Source: an uncultured virus (IMG/VR IMGVR_UViG_3300002124_000007) (lineage: Duplodnaviria > Heunggongvirae > Uroviricota > Caudoviricetes). From it: a stretch of 64,000 bases of DNA. The stretch is taken from positions 1 through 64,000 of IMG/VR virus record IMGVR_UViG_3300002124_000007, one strand, 5' to 3'. The translations under genes and the position numbers were made by a program. Each line of letters opens with the position of its first letter. Positions within the stretch are counted from its first letter, which is position 1. Of this stretch, positions 1 to 8,582 are shown in pieces. The notes under the pieces are model-generated. The model did not search any database. It saw only the letters and a list, made by a program, of their open reading frames with translations, and was not told the DNA's origin.

Positions 1-703
1 CGGTTTTGTTGGTCAAATCGCTGGCGGTTGACTGTAGTCTAAATTCGCCGTTGACGCCGACCATGTGCAATCCCGTCTCTGGAACAATGTTGATGCCAAC
101 CCTGCCAGGAGAATTCGTTGTGTCAACAATGAAGCGCAAAGTAGTTCCGTCCACCTTGTAAATCGAAAATGCGCTGGCGTTTGTGACATTGATCGTTGGT
201 GCGGCTGTAAATGTCTTTATTGCCGATATAGTCTGCGCCGTGCCAAGTAAATCAACCGTCCCCGTCGCCGGAACCGTCAGGGTGAAGCCGCCTAGAGATA
301 TTACTCCCCCACCTATAATCGTAGAGTTTGAATGATTTGTAAAAGTACCAGAATTATTTACAGACGTTCCTCCAAGACTTGCAACTAACGGAAAAGTCAA
401 AGCAGACTGTTTTCCATTAAATGTGTTCCAATCTTGAGCAGAAAGTGTCCCCGTAGAATTAGCTCCCGCTAAATTCATCGAGAGGGCTTGGCCTGCAAGA
501 ACTAATCCATTCGATATCCCCAAAGTAACAGGGGCATGAGTTGGGAAGTTTAGAGATAGTTTGCTTTCAACTATCCCTGCCGCTGCCGCAACATCGGCAT
601 TTTCAATTGATACTACATGATTATCATTCCAATCCGAAGGCTTTGTCCCAAGAAATCCTAGCTCATCTGCGATTGGATTGACAAATAAATGAGTAACAGA
701 CAT
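1..703 (-). CDS. Fibre-like virion structural protein (partial, runs off the window)
   Basis: Not in the ORF track. ATG at 701-703 overlaps the portal stop (TAATG) and the frame is open to position 1: MSVTHLFVNPIAD...DWNTFNGKQ...GRVGINIVPETGLH. G/T/S/A-rich, fibre-like. Confidence 0.7.
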   Translation of the reverse strand, partial: MSVTHLFVNPIADELGFLGTKPSDWNDNHVVSIENADVAAAAGIVESKLSLNFPTHAPVTLGISNGLVLAGQALSMNLAGANSTGTLSAQDWNTFNGKQSALTFPLVASLGGTSVNNSGTFTNHSNSTIIGGGVISLGGFTLTVPATGTVDLLGTAQTISAIKTFTAAPTINVTNASAFSIYKVDGTTLRFIVDTTNSPGRVGINIVPETGLHMVGVNGEFRLQSTASDLTNKT

Positions 704-3051
704 TAAGAATCAGTCGCCTCGCCTGTCCATGTATTTCCATCCTTACGAAGCGTGATTTTCTTTTTATCTCGCTTATCTTTAGGAACATTGACAGTATTTT
801 TGATTTCTACAGGGGTAGGCTCAACTGCAATATTCACCACAGGCGCAAGTTGTTCAGGGACATTCACGTTTACAACTGATACAGGCTGCTCAGGCATATT
901 GACTTGAATAGTGTTTGCACGCTCAGGCACAGCTACATTCACAACAGGCGGTTCCTGCTCAATGTTTACAATCGGTGATGCAACATTTACAATAGATGCT
1001 TCCTGTGCGGGGACGTTTACCGTAACATCCGTATTAGATGGAGGCACATCCACATTAATTTGAGATTTCTGCTCAGGCAGATTGATAGTGATTGGCTGAA
1101 CAACTTCCTTTCTCGGCTTAGGTAGTGATTTCATCCGTATAACTTCAGGCAACGAAGATGGAGTATTTAGAATTTCGTCCACAATGCTTTTTGCTTCTAT
1201 ATTCACAAAAGCATAAATATAATCAGGAAGCGTTGCATTTACTCGTTGCACAACATCATCAATCAACCCATCAGGCTCCACATTGGAAAGCATCGTTGTT
1301 ACAAGAGCCGCACGCCCAAGAAAATCTCCAACCCTCGATTTGATATTCGCTTTCAGACGATCAGCATATTTTTTAAGGTTAACGTGTTCATATCCCTCCC
1401 CAAGCAAAGACGCCAACTCTGTTTCTAAATCTCCAAATTCAAATGTGCCAAGAGATTTACTCTTAAGAAGTTCTGACAAAGAATGATAAATTCCTAATTC
1501 ATCCGTTTCATTTGTCACTTCTTCAATAAACATGGAGCGCATGACTTCCACATCATCTTCGCTAAGAGTAGAAAGAGATTCAAATATAAAGGGTGCAAAC
1601 TCACTAACAACACTCTGTACAAACGTATTTAGATTACGTATCTTGGGCTTGAATGACACCGTGTCAAGTGATTTCTTAATGTCGCCCTCTCCCCCACCAG
1701 AAGGAGCTTTCGGATTGCCAATCAGTTCTGGCTCGGTATTGCCGCCTTTATCATTATCCTTTTCTCCCTCATAGCGTACAGTTCTGGCAACAGGTGGTTC
1801 TGGCTTTGCATCGGGAGGAAGTTCATCTGGAAGCGAAATGGATACCAACCCGTCCACAATAGACTGACTCCGCAATTCTTGGGGCGAAAATAGTCCCATC
1901 ATACGGAAAGATGCAAATGCCTGTGATGTTGCCAATCTAGCGCGTCCAAGAGCTACATTCAACTCGTCATCATAATCAATCCAGTTAAATTCCAAAGTGG
2001 GAGGAAGTATTTGATCGAAGAACCATTTCGCTTTTGTCTTGGTGCGAGCATGTCCTGTTTTACGTGTCCTACGCTCCTGACGAATAGAGCCTGCCAATGT
2101 CTCACCTGAAGCACTTGTAGTTCCCAATCCGATATCTGAAAGAGACATCCCATAGGCCGCCGCCACAAGTGCTGCATATTTCAGCGTGATATGGTTGAAC
2201 ATAATATCATTTGGCACTTTTCCAAAAGGAATGAATTCTGTCTTGTTATTATGCTCATATAACACAGGGATTTTGAATGATGTCGTATTATCATTCACAA
2301 AGGACTTGAAGGCCGTAATCCATTCCTCTGCTGAAGATTTCTCCATATCTCCCAAATCCAAGATGCCTGCGGTTGGAATGTCCAGCAGGAGATTAGCATA
2401 GTATTTGTCGCCCTTCGTGAGTAAGTCTAAAGCAAAATAAACTTTTTCAGGAGGAGCCATGCCCCATCCTTCGCGAAGAATAAAAGAGTGGGGAGACATA
2501 TACGTTCTAGAAATCTCCCAAGGATGAAAGGTCACAATATCATTTGAATAATTTGGATAATATTGCACAATTGGAAAATTTTGATTGAGGGTTGGATAAA
2601 GTGTTCCACCGTCCAAAGGACGTATCCATTGCACACGCCCACTTTCGCTTCTCTCTTTTCTTCCAACCTCTGCTGCCCCACCAAAGGGAATATCCAACAA
2701 GTCCCCCACGATCCACTCCAACAAACCAGAAAAATCCAAACCTAATCCAGCATACTCCCCGCCACGAGCGAGCAATTTTGTATAGTGTCGAATTGTCGGC
2801 TCAAGTTCCTCTTTGTACTTACTATCGCGAGGCGTAATCTTCCAATCCAGAGAAAGAAGATTAGCAATCAGTGTCTCTCTACACACAATTGCCACAGGCT
2901 GATTAAGTACCCACGTCCTCCATATATTTGCAGGAAGTGATGCAGGACGTGACCAAGGGGGTGTAAATCTTGTTAAGAAAAGATCAGATACATCAATGGA
3001 CTTCTGACCTCTTGCATGTGTTGGAACGGGAATATTAAGAATTGATGTCAT
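703..3051 (-). CDS. Portal protein with long C-terminal extension
   Basis: Directly downstream of TerL. N-terminal ~420 aa is portal-like (RPLDGGTL, GWGMAPPE, VAAAYGMSLSDIG); C-terminus has V-N-V-x-x-P repeats. Confidence 0.8.
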   Translation of the reverse strand: MTSILNIPVPTHARGQKSIDVSDLFLTRFTPPWSRPASLPANIWRTWVLNQPVAIVCRETLIANLLSLDWKITPRDSKYKEELEPTIRHYTKLLARGGEYAGLGLDFSGLLEWIVGDLLDIPFGGAAEVGRKERSESGRVQWIRPLDGGTLYPTLNQNFPIVQYYPNYSNDIVTFHPWEISRTYMSPHSFILREGWGMAPPEKVYFALDLLTKGDKYYANLLLDIPTAGILDLGDMEKSSAEEWITAFKSFVNDNTTSFKIPVLYEHNNKTEFIPFGKVPNDIMFNHITLKYAALVAAAYGMSLSDIGLGTTSASGETLAGSIRQERRTRKTGHARTKTKAKWFFDQILPPTLEFNWIDYDDELNVALGRARLATSQAFASFRMMGLFSPQELRSQSIVDGLVSISLPDELPPDAKPEPPVARTVRYEGEKDNDKGGNTEPELIGNPKAPSGGGEGDIKKSLDTVSFKPKIRNLNTFVQSVVSEFAPFIFESLSTLSEDDVEVMRSMFIEEVTNETDELGIYHSLSELLKSKSLGTFEFGDLETELASLLGEGYEHVNLKKYADRLKANIKSRVGDFLGRAALVTTMLSNVEPDGLIDDVVQRVNATLPDYIYAFVNIEAKSIVDEILNTPSSLPEVIRMKSLPKPRKEVVQPITINLPEQKSQINVDVPPSNTDVTVNVPAQEASIVNVASPIVNIEQEPPVVNVAVPERANTIQVNMPEQPVSVVNVNVPEQLAPVVNIAVEPTPVEIKNTVNVPKDKRDKKKITLRKDGNTWTGEATDS

Positions 3052-3058
3052 AAATTAC

Positions 3059-4606
3059 TCATAGAGAAATAAAAGGAGTACGCACCCACGCCTTGAACGG
3101 CCTGAGATACGTCATTGCCCCTGTGGGTGATGTAACTCGATCATCATGAGTCACTTGTGTAAATCCATCCAATTGTGATAAAAATTTTTCATTCCAACTG
3201 CCCTTTACAAGCCAAATCTTCCCTTGCGCCGCAAGAGCAAACCAATGATTTGCCGCCATCACTCGATCACCAACATCACGAGCCTTTTGACCAATTACCT
3301 GATGAGTTTGCAGGTCAGGGAACCTTTTCAAATGCGTTTTCACAGCCGCTACTTGGTTCTTTCCGCCTGATCCTGGCTCCTCTTCAAGTACAATTGGAAC
3401 GAGTGGCCCATCTTGCCTTGCAGTATTCACAATGGCTTGCAATAAATCATCCCATTCCCAAAATCCGCCTACCTGATCTTCAAAGCACCAATTTGTATCT
3501 TTCTTATTCTTTCCGTCTTCTTCAAACTCTCGCATGAAGGAAGATGCCAATGTGCCAACCGATTCATCGGGATCATTCAATTCTTTTTTCTTTCCGACTC
3601 CCACTACCTTTTTTTCAGTAGCTGCCAAGTCCCAAAATCGTACACGCTTGAGAGAAGGACGAGGAGATTCAGAAAGAACTTTACCATTGAACCAGTTCCT
3701 ATCGCCAATCTTGCCGCCTTCGTTTGCAAATTCGCCATCAAACTCCTGCGCTCGCAAATGTCCCGAAGGATAGGTCAAAGCAAGATTGATATAATAAGTA
3801 GCGTCTAAATTTTTAAGGTTATCTTCACGAGTTGCATGAAAATACTCTACTAAAATTCTATCACCTTTAGTAGCTTCTTCAAACTCTTTCTTTAAATCTT
3901 CGGGGATATCCTGAGCAATAAAAAATTTGTATGACCAATGTTCTGTAGGACGCGGAGTCTCCGTACACCAAGCTTGCGGGTCTTTACCAATACGCACAGA
4001 TGCGTTAGCAAGCTGCCAAGCAAGTCCGGTTTCATCTCGCCCTCCTTCATCATACCAAAACCAATTCACGTTCGGGCCGCGGGTAGAGCCTGCTTCCCGT
4101 CCACCTTTGATATAAACCTTTGCCCCGTTATTGAATACCATCGTAAAAGGCTTGGATGGTTGCCACACATCTGATTGACGATGCCGCTGTGAAGGCACAA
4201 CCATTTTCCAAGGTATCCAGCGTTTGAATTCAGGCCATGTAGAAATCTTAAGATTTTCAAAATCAGGATTCATGATGACCCCAGGCTCCCCATTCATGAT
4301 TTTGAACATAGCCTTCTGCGAACCTGCGCCTGATTTTCCACACCCTCTTGGGCCATAGATCATTACATTACGTGCAGTTGATTTAATAAATCCAGCCTGC
4401 GCTTCTGATGCGACATAAGCATAGCCATCATCACGCACAAAGTACCCATTTTCTCCAACGGGCCACTCTGCTTTCTTTTTGTCCTGAAATACGTCTTGAT
4501 ACTCTTTAGGTAACTTTATCCCCCTCGCTTCAGCCTCTTGTAATAAAATTATCAGTTCATGTTTTTCTTGTTCGGTTAGTGGTTTTTTAGAAGCGATACG
4601 CGGCAA
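3059..4606 (-). CDS. terL: Terminase large subunit
   Basis: Walker A GPRGCGKS, Walker B WFWYDE, RNase H-like nuclease motifs RFWDLAAT and HDDRV. Confidence 0.92.
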   Translation of the reverse strand: MPRIASKKPLTEQEKHELIILLQEAEARGIKLPKEYQDVFQDKKKAEWPVGENGYFVRDDGYAYVASEAQAGFIKSTARNVMIYGPRGCGKSGAGSQKAMFKIMNGEPGVIMNPDFENLKISTWPEFKRWIPWKMVVPSQRHRQSDVWQPSKPFTMVFNNGAKVYIKGGREAGSTRGPNVNWFWYDEGGRDETGLAWQLANASVRIGKDPQAWCTETPRPTEHWSYKFFIAQDIPEDLKKEFEEATKGDRILVEYFHATREDNLKNLDATYYINLALTYPSGHLRAQEFDGEFANEGGKIGDRNWFNGKVLSESPRPSLKRVRFWDLAATEKKVVGVGKKKELNDPDESVGTLASSFMREFEEDGKNKKDTNWCFEDQVGGFWEWDDLLQAIVNTARQDGPLVPIVLEEEPGSGGKNQVAAVKTHLKRFPDLQTHQVIGQKARDVGDRVMAANHWFALAAQGKIWLVKGSWNEKFLSQLDGFTQVTHDDRVTSPTGAMTYLRPFKAWVRTPFISL

Positions 4607-5065
4607 TTAATTTCTCTGATGTGGGCAATATCCATAATGCCCATTAGATGAATTACAGTTATAACAAAGTATTCTATAAAAGTCTGGTTTATATTCTCTT
4701 ATAGCTCGTCTGTATGATGGCAATCCTCTGGCTTCTTTTTCTGTTTTTCCAAATCCATTCCTTCCGTGAATGTGGTCAAGAGTTAAAAATTCCAATATTG
4801 TTTCTCCACAACAAGCACATTTACCTCCATACATATCTACAAACAATTTTTTAATCTCTTTTTTCTTAGACTTTGCATATTGACTTTTTTGTGCAAGAAC
4901 TTTTTCTCTATTTTCTTTTACATATGATTTTTGATGCAAAGCTATTTTTGCGTAGTTTTTGATTCCATACTCATGATTATACTTCTGCACTTCTTCTTTC
5001 GTTAATACATTTTCTCTATACCATTTATCATAGGCCAGCTTTTCTTCATGATTCTTATAAGGCAT
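4607..5065 (-). CDS. HNH endonuclease, probably free-standing homing type
   Basis: YGGKCACCGE...LTLDHI...LCYNCN; basic helical N-terminus; lies between terS and terL. Confidence 0.85.
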   Translation of the reverse strand: MPYKNHEEKLAYDKWYRENVLTKEEVQKYNHEYGIKNYAKIALHQKSYVKENREKVLAQKSQYAKSKKKEIKKLFVDMYGGKCACCGETILEFLTLDHIHGRNGFGKTEKEARGLPSYRRAIREYKPDFYRILCYNCNSSNGHYGYCPHQRN

Positions 5066-5067
5066 CT

Positions 5068-5140
5068 CACACCTCCTAGTGTGTTTGGGGCAGAGCGATA
5101 TAGGAGTATCGCTTTTTCGGGCTTCCTACCCTAGCCCCAA
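5068..5140 (-). promoter_or_regulatory. Structured 5' leader of the HNH gene with anti-SD loop
   Basis: Minus strand: TTGGGGC/GCCCCAA stem, AGCGATA-CTCCTA-TATCGCT hairpin, CACAC-TAGGAG-GTGTG SD hairpin; TATACT -10 at 5144-5149. Confidence 0.65.
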
Positions 5141-5153
5141 TTTAGTATAGCAT

Positions 5154-5696
5154 TCATTCTTGGGATTCTATTTCCTCATCAAGCTCTTCCACATCTACTT
5201 CTATAATCTGATCGTTCTCTTTGATGCGATTGAACTTTTCGATAATAGCTCGTTCCACATCGTTATCGGTCATCTTATCCAAACGTTCAAGAAGATCAGA
5301 AAAACCTGCCGTTTTTCTTTGTTCCTCAGTCGATCTGAAATAGGCTTGCACCGCCGCAGATGAACTATCAAATCCTTCAGACAAGATATAATCTTTTGCT
5401 TTTTGTGCCAAAGAAACTGCATCTGCCTGATGCTTACGAAGCATCTCAGCCTTTTTATTTATAAGGCTATCATCAACAAGCACCATCGCTTTAGCATCTA
5501 GCTCGTCTGCCCAAGCATCCCACATTCCATCTATCATCCATCTGCGTAATTGTGCTGTAGATGGCCTGCCCCCTGTTGGCTCATACGCAGGAATAACCTG
5601 CTTTATGGCTTTTGGAAGGTTTGGACGCCCATTCAAGTACCAAGCATCAAAACACATCTTTATATAATTTTGATCGTAAATCTTAGTATAAGCCAC
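5154..5696 (-). CDS. Putative terminase small subunit
   Basis: HTH-like N-terminus (PSTAQLRRW), helical middle, acidic tail; upstream of terL. Confidence 0.6.
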   Translation of the reverse strand: MAYTKIYDQNYIKMCFDAWYLNGRPNLPKAIKQVIPAYEPTGGRPSTAQLRRWMIDGMWDAWADELDAKAMVLVDDSLINKKAEMLRKHQADAVSLAQKAKDYILSEGFDSSSAAVQAYFRSTEEQRKTAGFSDLLERLDKMTDNDVERAIIEKFNRIKENDQIIEVDVEELDEEIESQE

Positions 5697-6043
5697 TAGA
5701 TGTATTGCGCCCTATCCACAGATTTCAAATATTCCTTGCGCTGTTCTTGCATATTCTTGATTTTTTCAAGAGTCACGCCATTATGGTGAAATCCGTTCTG
5801 GCCTGTATGATGCTCTTGACACAGTGTCACTCTATTTCTCCAATCAAGAAGGGACTTCTTACTTCTGCCTCTTGGAACAATCTCATTGATTTCTGTTGCA
5901 GGTTTGCTACACATAATACAACGATAACGAAAGAGCCAATAAATAAAATGATCTGAAGGATTTGGCTCAACAAATTCATGTGCAATAGGCTGAATATGGG
6001 CAGGAGGAATATAATGTGTAATACGATTATAATTTGGAGACAT
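5696..6043 (-). CDS. HNH-like nuclease (possibly packaging-associated)
   Basis: YRCIMC...EINEIVPRG...NRVTLCQEHH; adjacent to terS. Confidence 0.65.
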   Translation of the reverse strand: MSPNYNRITHYIPPAHIQPIAHEFVEPNPSDHFIYWLFRYRCIMCSKPATEINEIVPRGRSKKSLLDWRNRVTLCQEHHTGQNGFHHNGVTLEKIKNMQEQRKEYLKSVDRAQYI

Positions 6044-6046
6044 TAA

Positions 6047-6409
6047 TTATAGCCATCCATTTTCTTTTAGAAATCGAATCCGCTTTGCGGCACTATTATG
6101 TTGCCAGGCAGAAGGCACTTTGACACGAATCATATCCAATTTCCATTCCCCATAGTTTGCATTTTCAACGTTCTGATTGACTATATTCCATGCGGCTTCT
6201 CGATTCTCTTTCATGGAAGCCCATCTCCACATAGCTTTCCAGATACCCATTTCCGTAGGTTCTTGGCCTGAAGAGGATTTCATACCCTCTAAAATTGCCC
6301 ACTCTGTCAAAAGGAGGATGGTTCTATTCTCCCCCATCTCGAAATATTTCCTGAATAGACGTTCTCCATCTAAATATTTTTCTCGTAAGTTAGGATTTCT
6401 ATTTGTCAT
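6047..6409 (-). CDS. Hypothetical protein, possibly DNA-binding
   Basis: First gene of the minus-strand packaging operon; TATAAT -10 at 6417-6422. Confidence 0.6.
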   Translation of the reverse strand: MTNRNPNLREKYLDGERLFRKYFEMGENRTILLLTEWAILEGMKSSSGQEPTEMGIWKAMWRWASMKENREAAWNIVNQNVENANYGEWKLDMIRVKVPSAWQHNSAAKRIRFLKENGWL

Positions 6410-6528
6410 ATGACTTATTATAGCACACTGTATATAAATTTACACATTAGAGTTTATTAATAAAAAAATCCCTGAACACCTTAATTAATATATTAACCTA
6501 TTTAAGTATTTAAGGATATTATAGACTC

Positions 6529-6548
6529 TACTTAATTTAAATTAAGTA
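6529..6548. repeat. Perfect 20-bp palindrome in AT-rich divergent intergenic region
   Basis: TACTTAATTTAAATTAAGTA is its own reverse complement. Confidence 0.9.
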
Positions 6549-6675
6549 TACAATTGGGTGAAATTTCTTGTCAATGGTAAATTGGAATGTTCTTAGATAA
6601 CTCTAATGTTGACCAATATTTGATTTTCTCATGATTCTCTAATGTCTGCGCTGTATATAAGTGATATAATTGTGA

Positions 6676-6927
6676 CACTTGAAGGTTTGGAAGCAATTTC
6701 AAATGCTAACTCGAAAATGATAGGAAGGGATTGTCCCTGTCTAAGTAGGTGTGTAAACAATGAGTGTGCTGAGGATGTTACCCTGAGTCCTGTGAAGCAC
6801 AAATATGGATGGCTGATACTTATGAGGCCGTTACACCCCTTCAAGCGTTTGGGACTTGGTAAGATCGTGGGCGACAACCCTTGACTGCTTGGTAAAGTAC
6901 GATGGTGATATCACACCACCAAGTCCC
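6676..6927 (+). ncRNA. Candidate structured ncRNA (two multi-stem domains)
   Basis: Begins ~7 nt after TATAAT (6665). Stems CTTGAAGG/CCTTCAAG, TTTGGAA-GCAA-TTTCAAA, GTGTAA/TTACAC, GGGACTTGGT/ACCAAGTCCC. Confidence 0.55.
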
Positions 6928-6978
6928 TTTACTTTCTGTAATGCAACTTTTACGCAAAAGTTCTGTCATGGAGATACA

Positions 6979-7128
6979 ATGAGTAATATTTCGATTTGGG
7001 CAGGCCTGTTTTCACTTATAGGGATGTTAGTTTCGATTTTCACACATCAAACATTAGGAACATCTGTTGTGCTTGGGATTTTTGGAGGGATTTTGCTAAT
7101 AGTCGGAATTGCAGGAGAGAAACCATGA
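6979..7128 (+). CDS. Small membrane protein
   Basis: GGAG SD; two hydrophobic helices; 49 aa. Confidence 0.6.
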   Translation: MSNISIWAGLFSLIGMLVSIFTHQTLGTSVVLGIFGGILLIVGIAGEKP

Positions 7129-7925
7129 CGTTAGCAGAGTTTTTTGATAAGCAGAGAGAGATTATCGAGGCGGCAGAAACACCATTTGCAAAACTCGCAA
7201 TTTTTGTCTTGCCAATTCTAGCCCCCATCGTCCCCGCATCTCTGACTGGATTGCACCTTTACAAGTTATTTTTGACTCTTTTTACTTTTACTTGGGCAGA
7301 TAAGTTGTCGGCCACTTTATCTATTCTAGTAGCTCTTGTACTTGAGATGTTGGGCTATGTAGGGGCTGTTTCTTTCATTCAGGCAATTTTTCGATGGGTC
7401 AAGACAGGAAATACTTTATATGCTCTGCCGTCCATTCTAAACGGACTCTCATATATTTTTTATCTTATTTTAATGTTTCTGGTCAACTATAAGTTGGGAG
7501 AATACTTCCAAACTCCCAATATCATAAATACCATTGTGGGGCTTCTTTCTTTTGTAACAGTTCCTACTGGACTGTTGGCTGCTAATTATCTTTCGCAAAA
7601 GGAATTGAAAGAAGAAGATTGGAAGGAAAGATCGGAACGAAAAGACGAAAGATTGAAAAAATATGCCATCAAGCATGGGAAAGTTTCAGAAAGTTCAGAG
7701 AGAATTTACCAAAAAGTTACCGAAAGTTCTGAAAATCTTTCCGAAAATTTACCGAAAGATTGGAGAAAGTTGCGTCCGATGTTACAACTTTCCGAAGTAA
7801 AGAGTTTGGCTAGTCTTTCTGCGGAAGGAATCAAGAAAGTTTCCAAAAAGTATAATGTAGATGAGCGTACTGTGATTAATTGGAGAATTTACGCTCGTAG
7901 AGAATTAGGAGGAAGTTATGAATAA
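7125..7925 (+). CDS. Multi-pass membrane protein with C-terminal HTH (DUF2637/Spd-like architecture)
   Basis: ATG at 7125 after GGAG; 4-5 TM segments, charged linker, HTH-like KKVSKKYNVDERTVINWR. Confidence 0.65.
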   Translation: MTLAEFFDKQREIIEAAETPFAKLAIFVLPILAPIVPASLTGLHLYKLFLTLFTFTWADKLSATLSILVALVLEMLGYVGAVSFIQAIFRWVKTGNTLYALPSILNGLSYIFYLILMFLVNYKLGEYFQTPNIINTIVGLLSFVTVPTGLLAANYLSQKELKEEDWKERSERKDERLKKYAIKHGKVSESSERIYQKVTESSENLSENLPKDWRKLRPMLQLSEVKSLASLSAEGIKKVSKKYNVDERTVINWRIYARRELGGSYE

Positions 7926-8541
7926 AAATGATGGGCGCATGAATAAAGCATTGCGACTGGTTGCCCTCTTTACAGGGGTAGCAGTTCTCATTATCTCGAT
8001 TTATTGGTCACAAGATGGGTTTAATTTTGGCATTGCTGGTGACAGCGGATATAACACTATGGCATATGTATTTGGTTATACTCTTGCTATCTCTGTCACA
8101 GTTATTCAATTTATCTTCAGCACCAATTTTCGTGAGTTGAATCCAAGCCTTATTCTATTTGGAGTTTTGGCTTATTTGTATTCTGTGTATACCAATCAAG
8201 AGGGGATTACACATTTTCAGGGCGCAAACACAAATCCTTTGGCCGCCTGGATTTTGGGATTCTGTATAGATGGAATTCCTGAGCCTCTAATCGCCTGGTC
8301 ACTTCGAGAGAGCTTGTCCGGCGACTTTGTTGGAAACATATTTCATATAGTTGGAAAAGTGTTTAGCTCGGTTCTAGACGGCAAGACTGAACAAAAACCA
8401 AAAATAGACACACAGCCTGCTATGCGTGTTCCTCCTTTTCGCCAGGATCAGCCAACAATTCATACTTCTAAGAAAGGTCATGGAAGACACTTCTTGGAGG
8501 AACAACGTAAAGAATCTTCCAACCGATTCTTTGGAGAATAG
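7918..8541 (+). CDS. Multi-pass membrane protein
   Basis: AGGAGG SD; ~4 hydrophobic segments and a hydrophilic tail. Confidence 0.7.
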   Translation: MNKNDGRMNKALRLVALFTGVAVLIISIYWSQDGFNFGIAGDSGYNTMAYVFGYTLAISVTVIQFIFSTNFRELNPSLILFGVLAYLYSVYTNQEGITHFQGANTNPLAAWILGFCIDGIPEPLIAWSLRESLSGDFVGNIFHIVGKVFSSVLDGKTEQKPKIDTQPAMRVPPFRQDQPTIHTSKKGHGRHFLEEQRKESSNRFFGE

Positions 8542-8582
8542 AATGCCGTCAGGCTCATTAAAGAAAAAGACCAAGAAATAAT

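Noticed and set aside
6428..6445. CTGTATATAA as a proteobacterial LexA box
   Set aside because: Only the left half matches; no ACAG at the CTGT-N8-ACAG position in any of the three copies.
6851..6927. tRNA-sized element starting GGGAC
   Set aside because: 10-bp closing stem, no TTC T-loop, no 7-nt anticodon loop; kept only as an unknown structured RNA.
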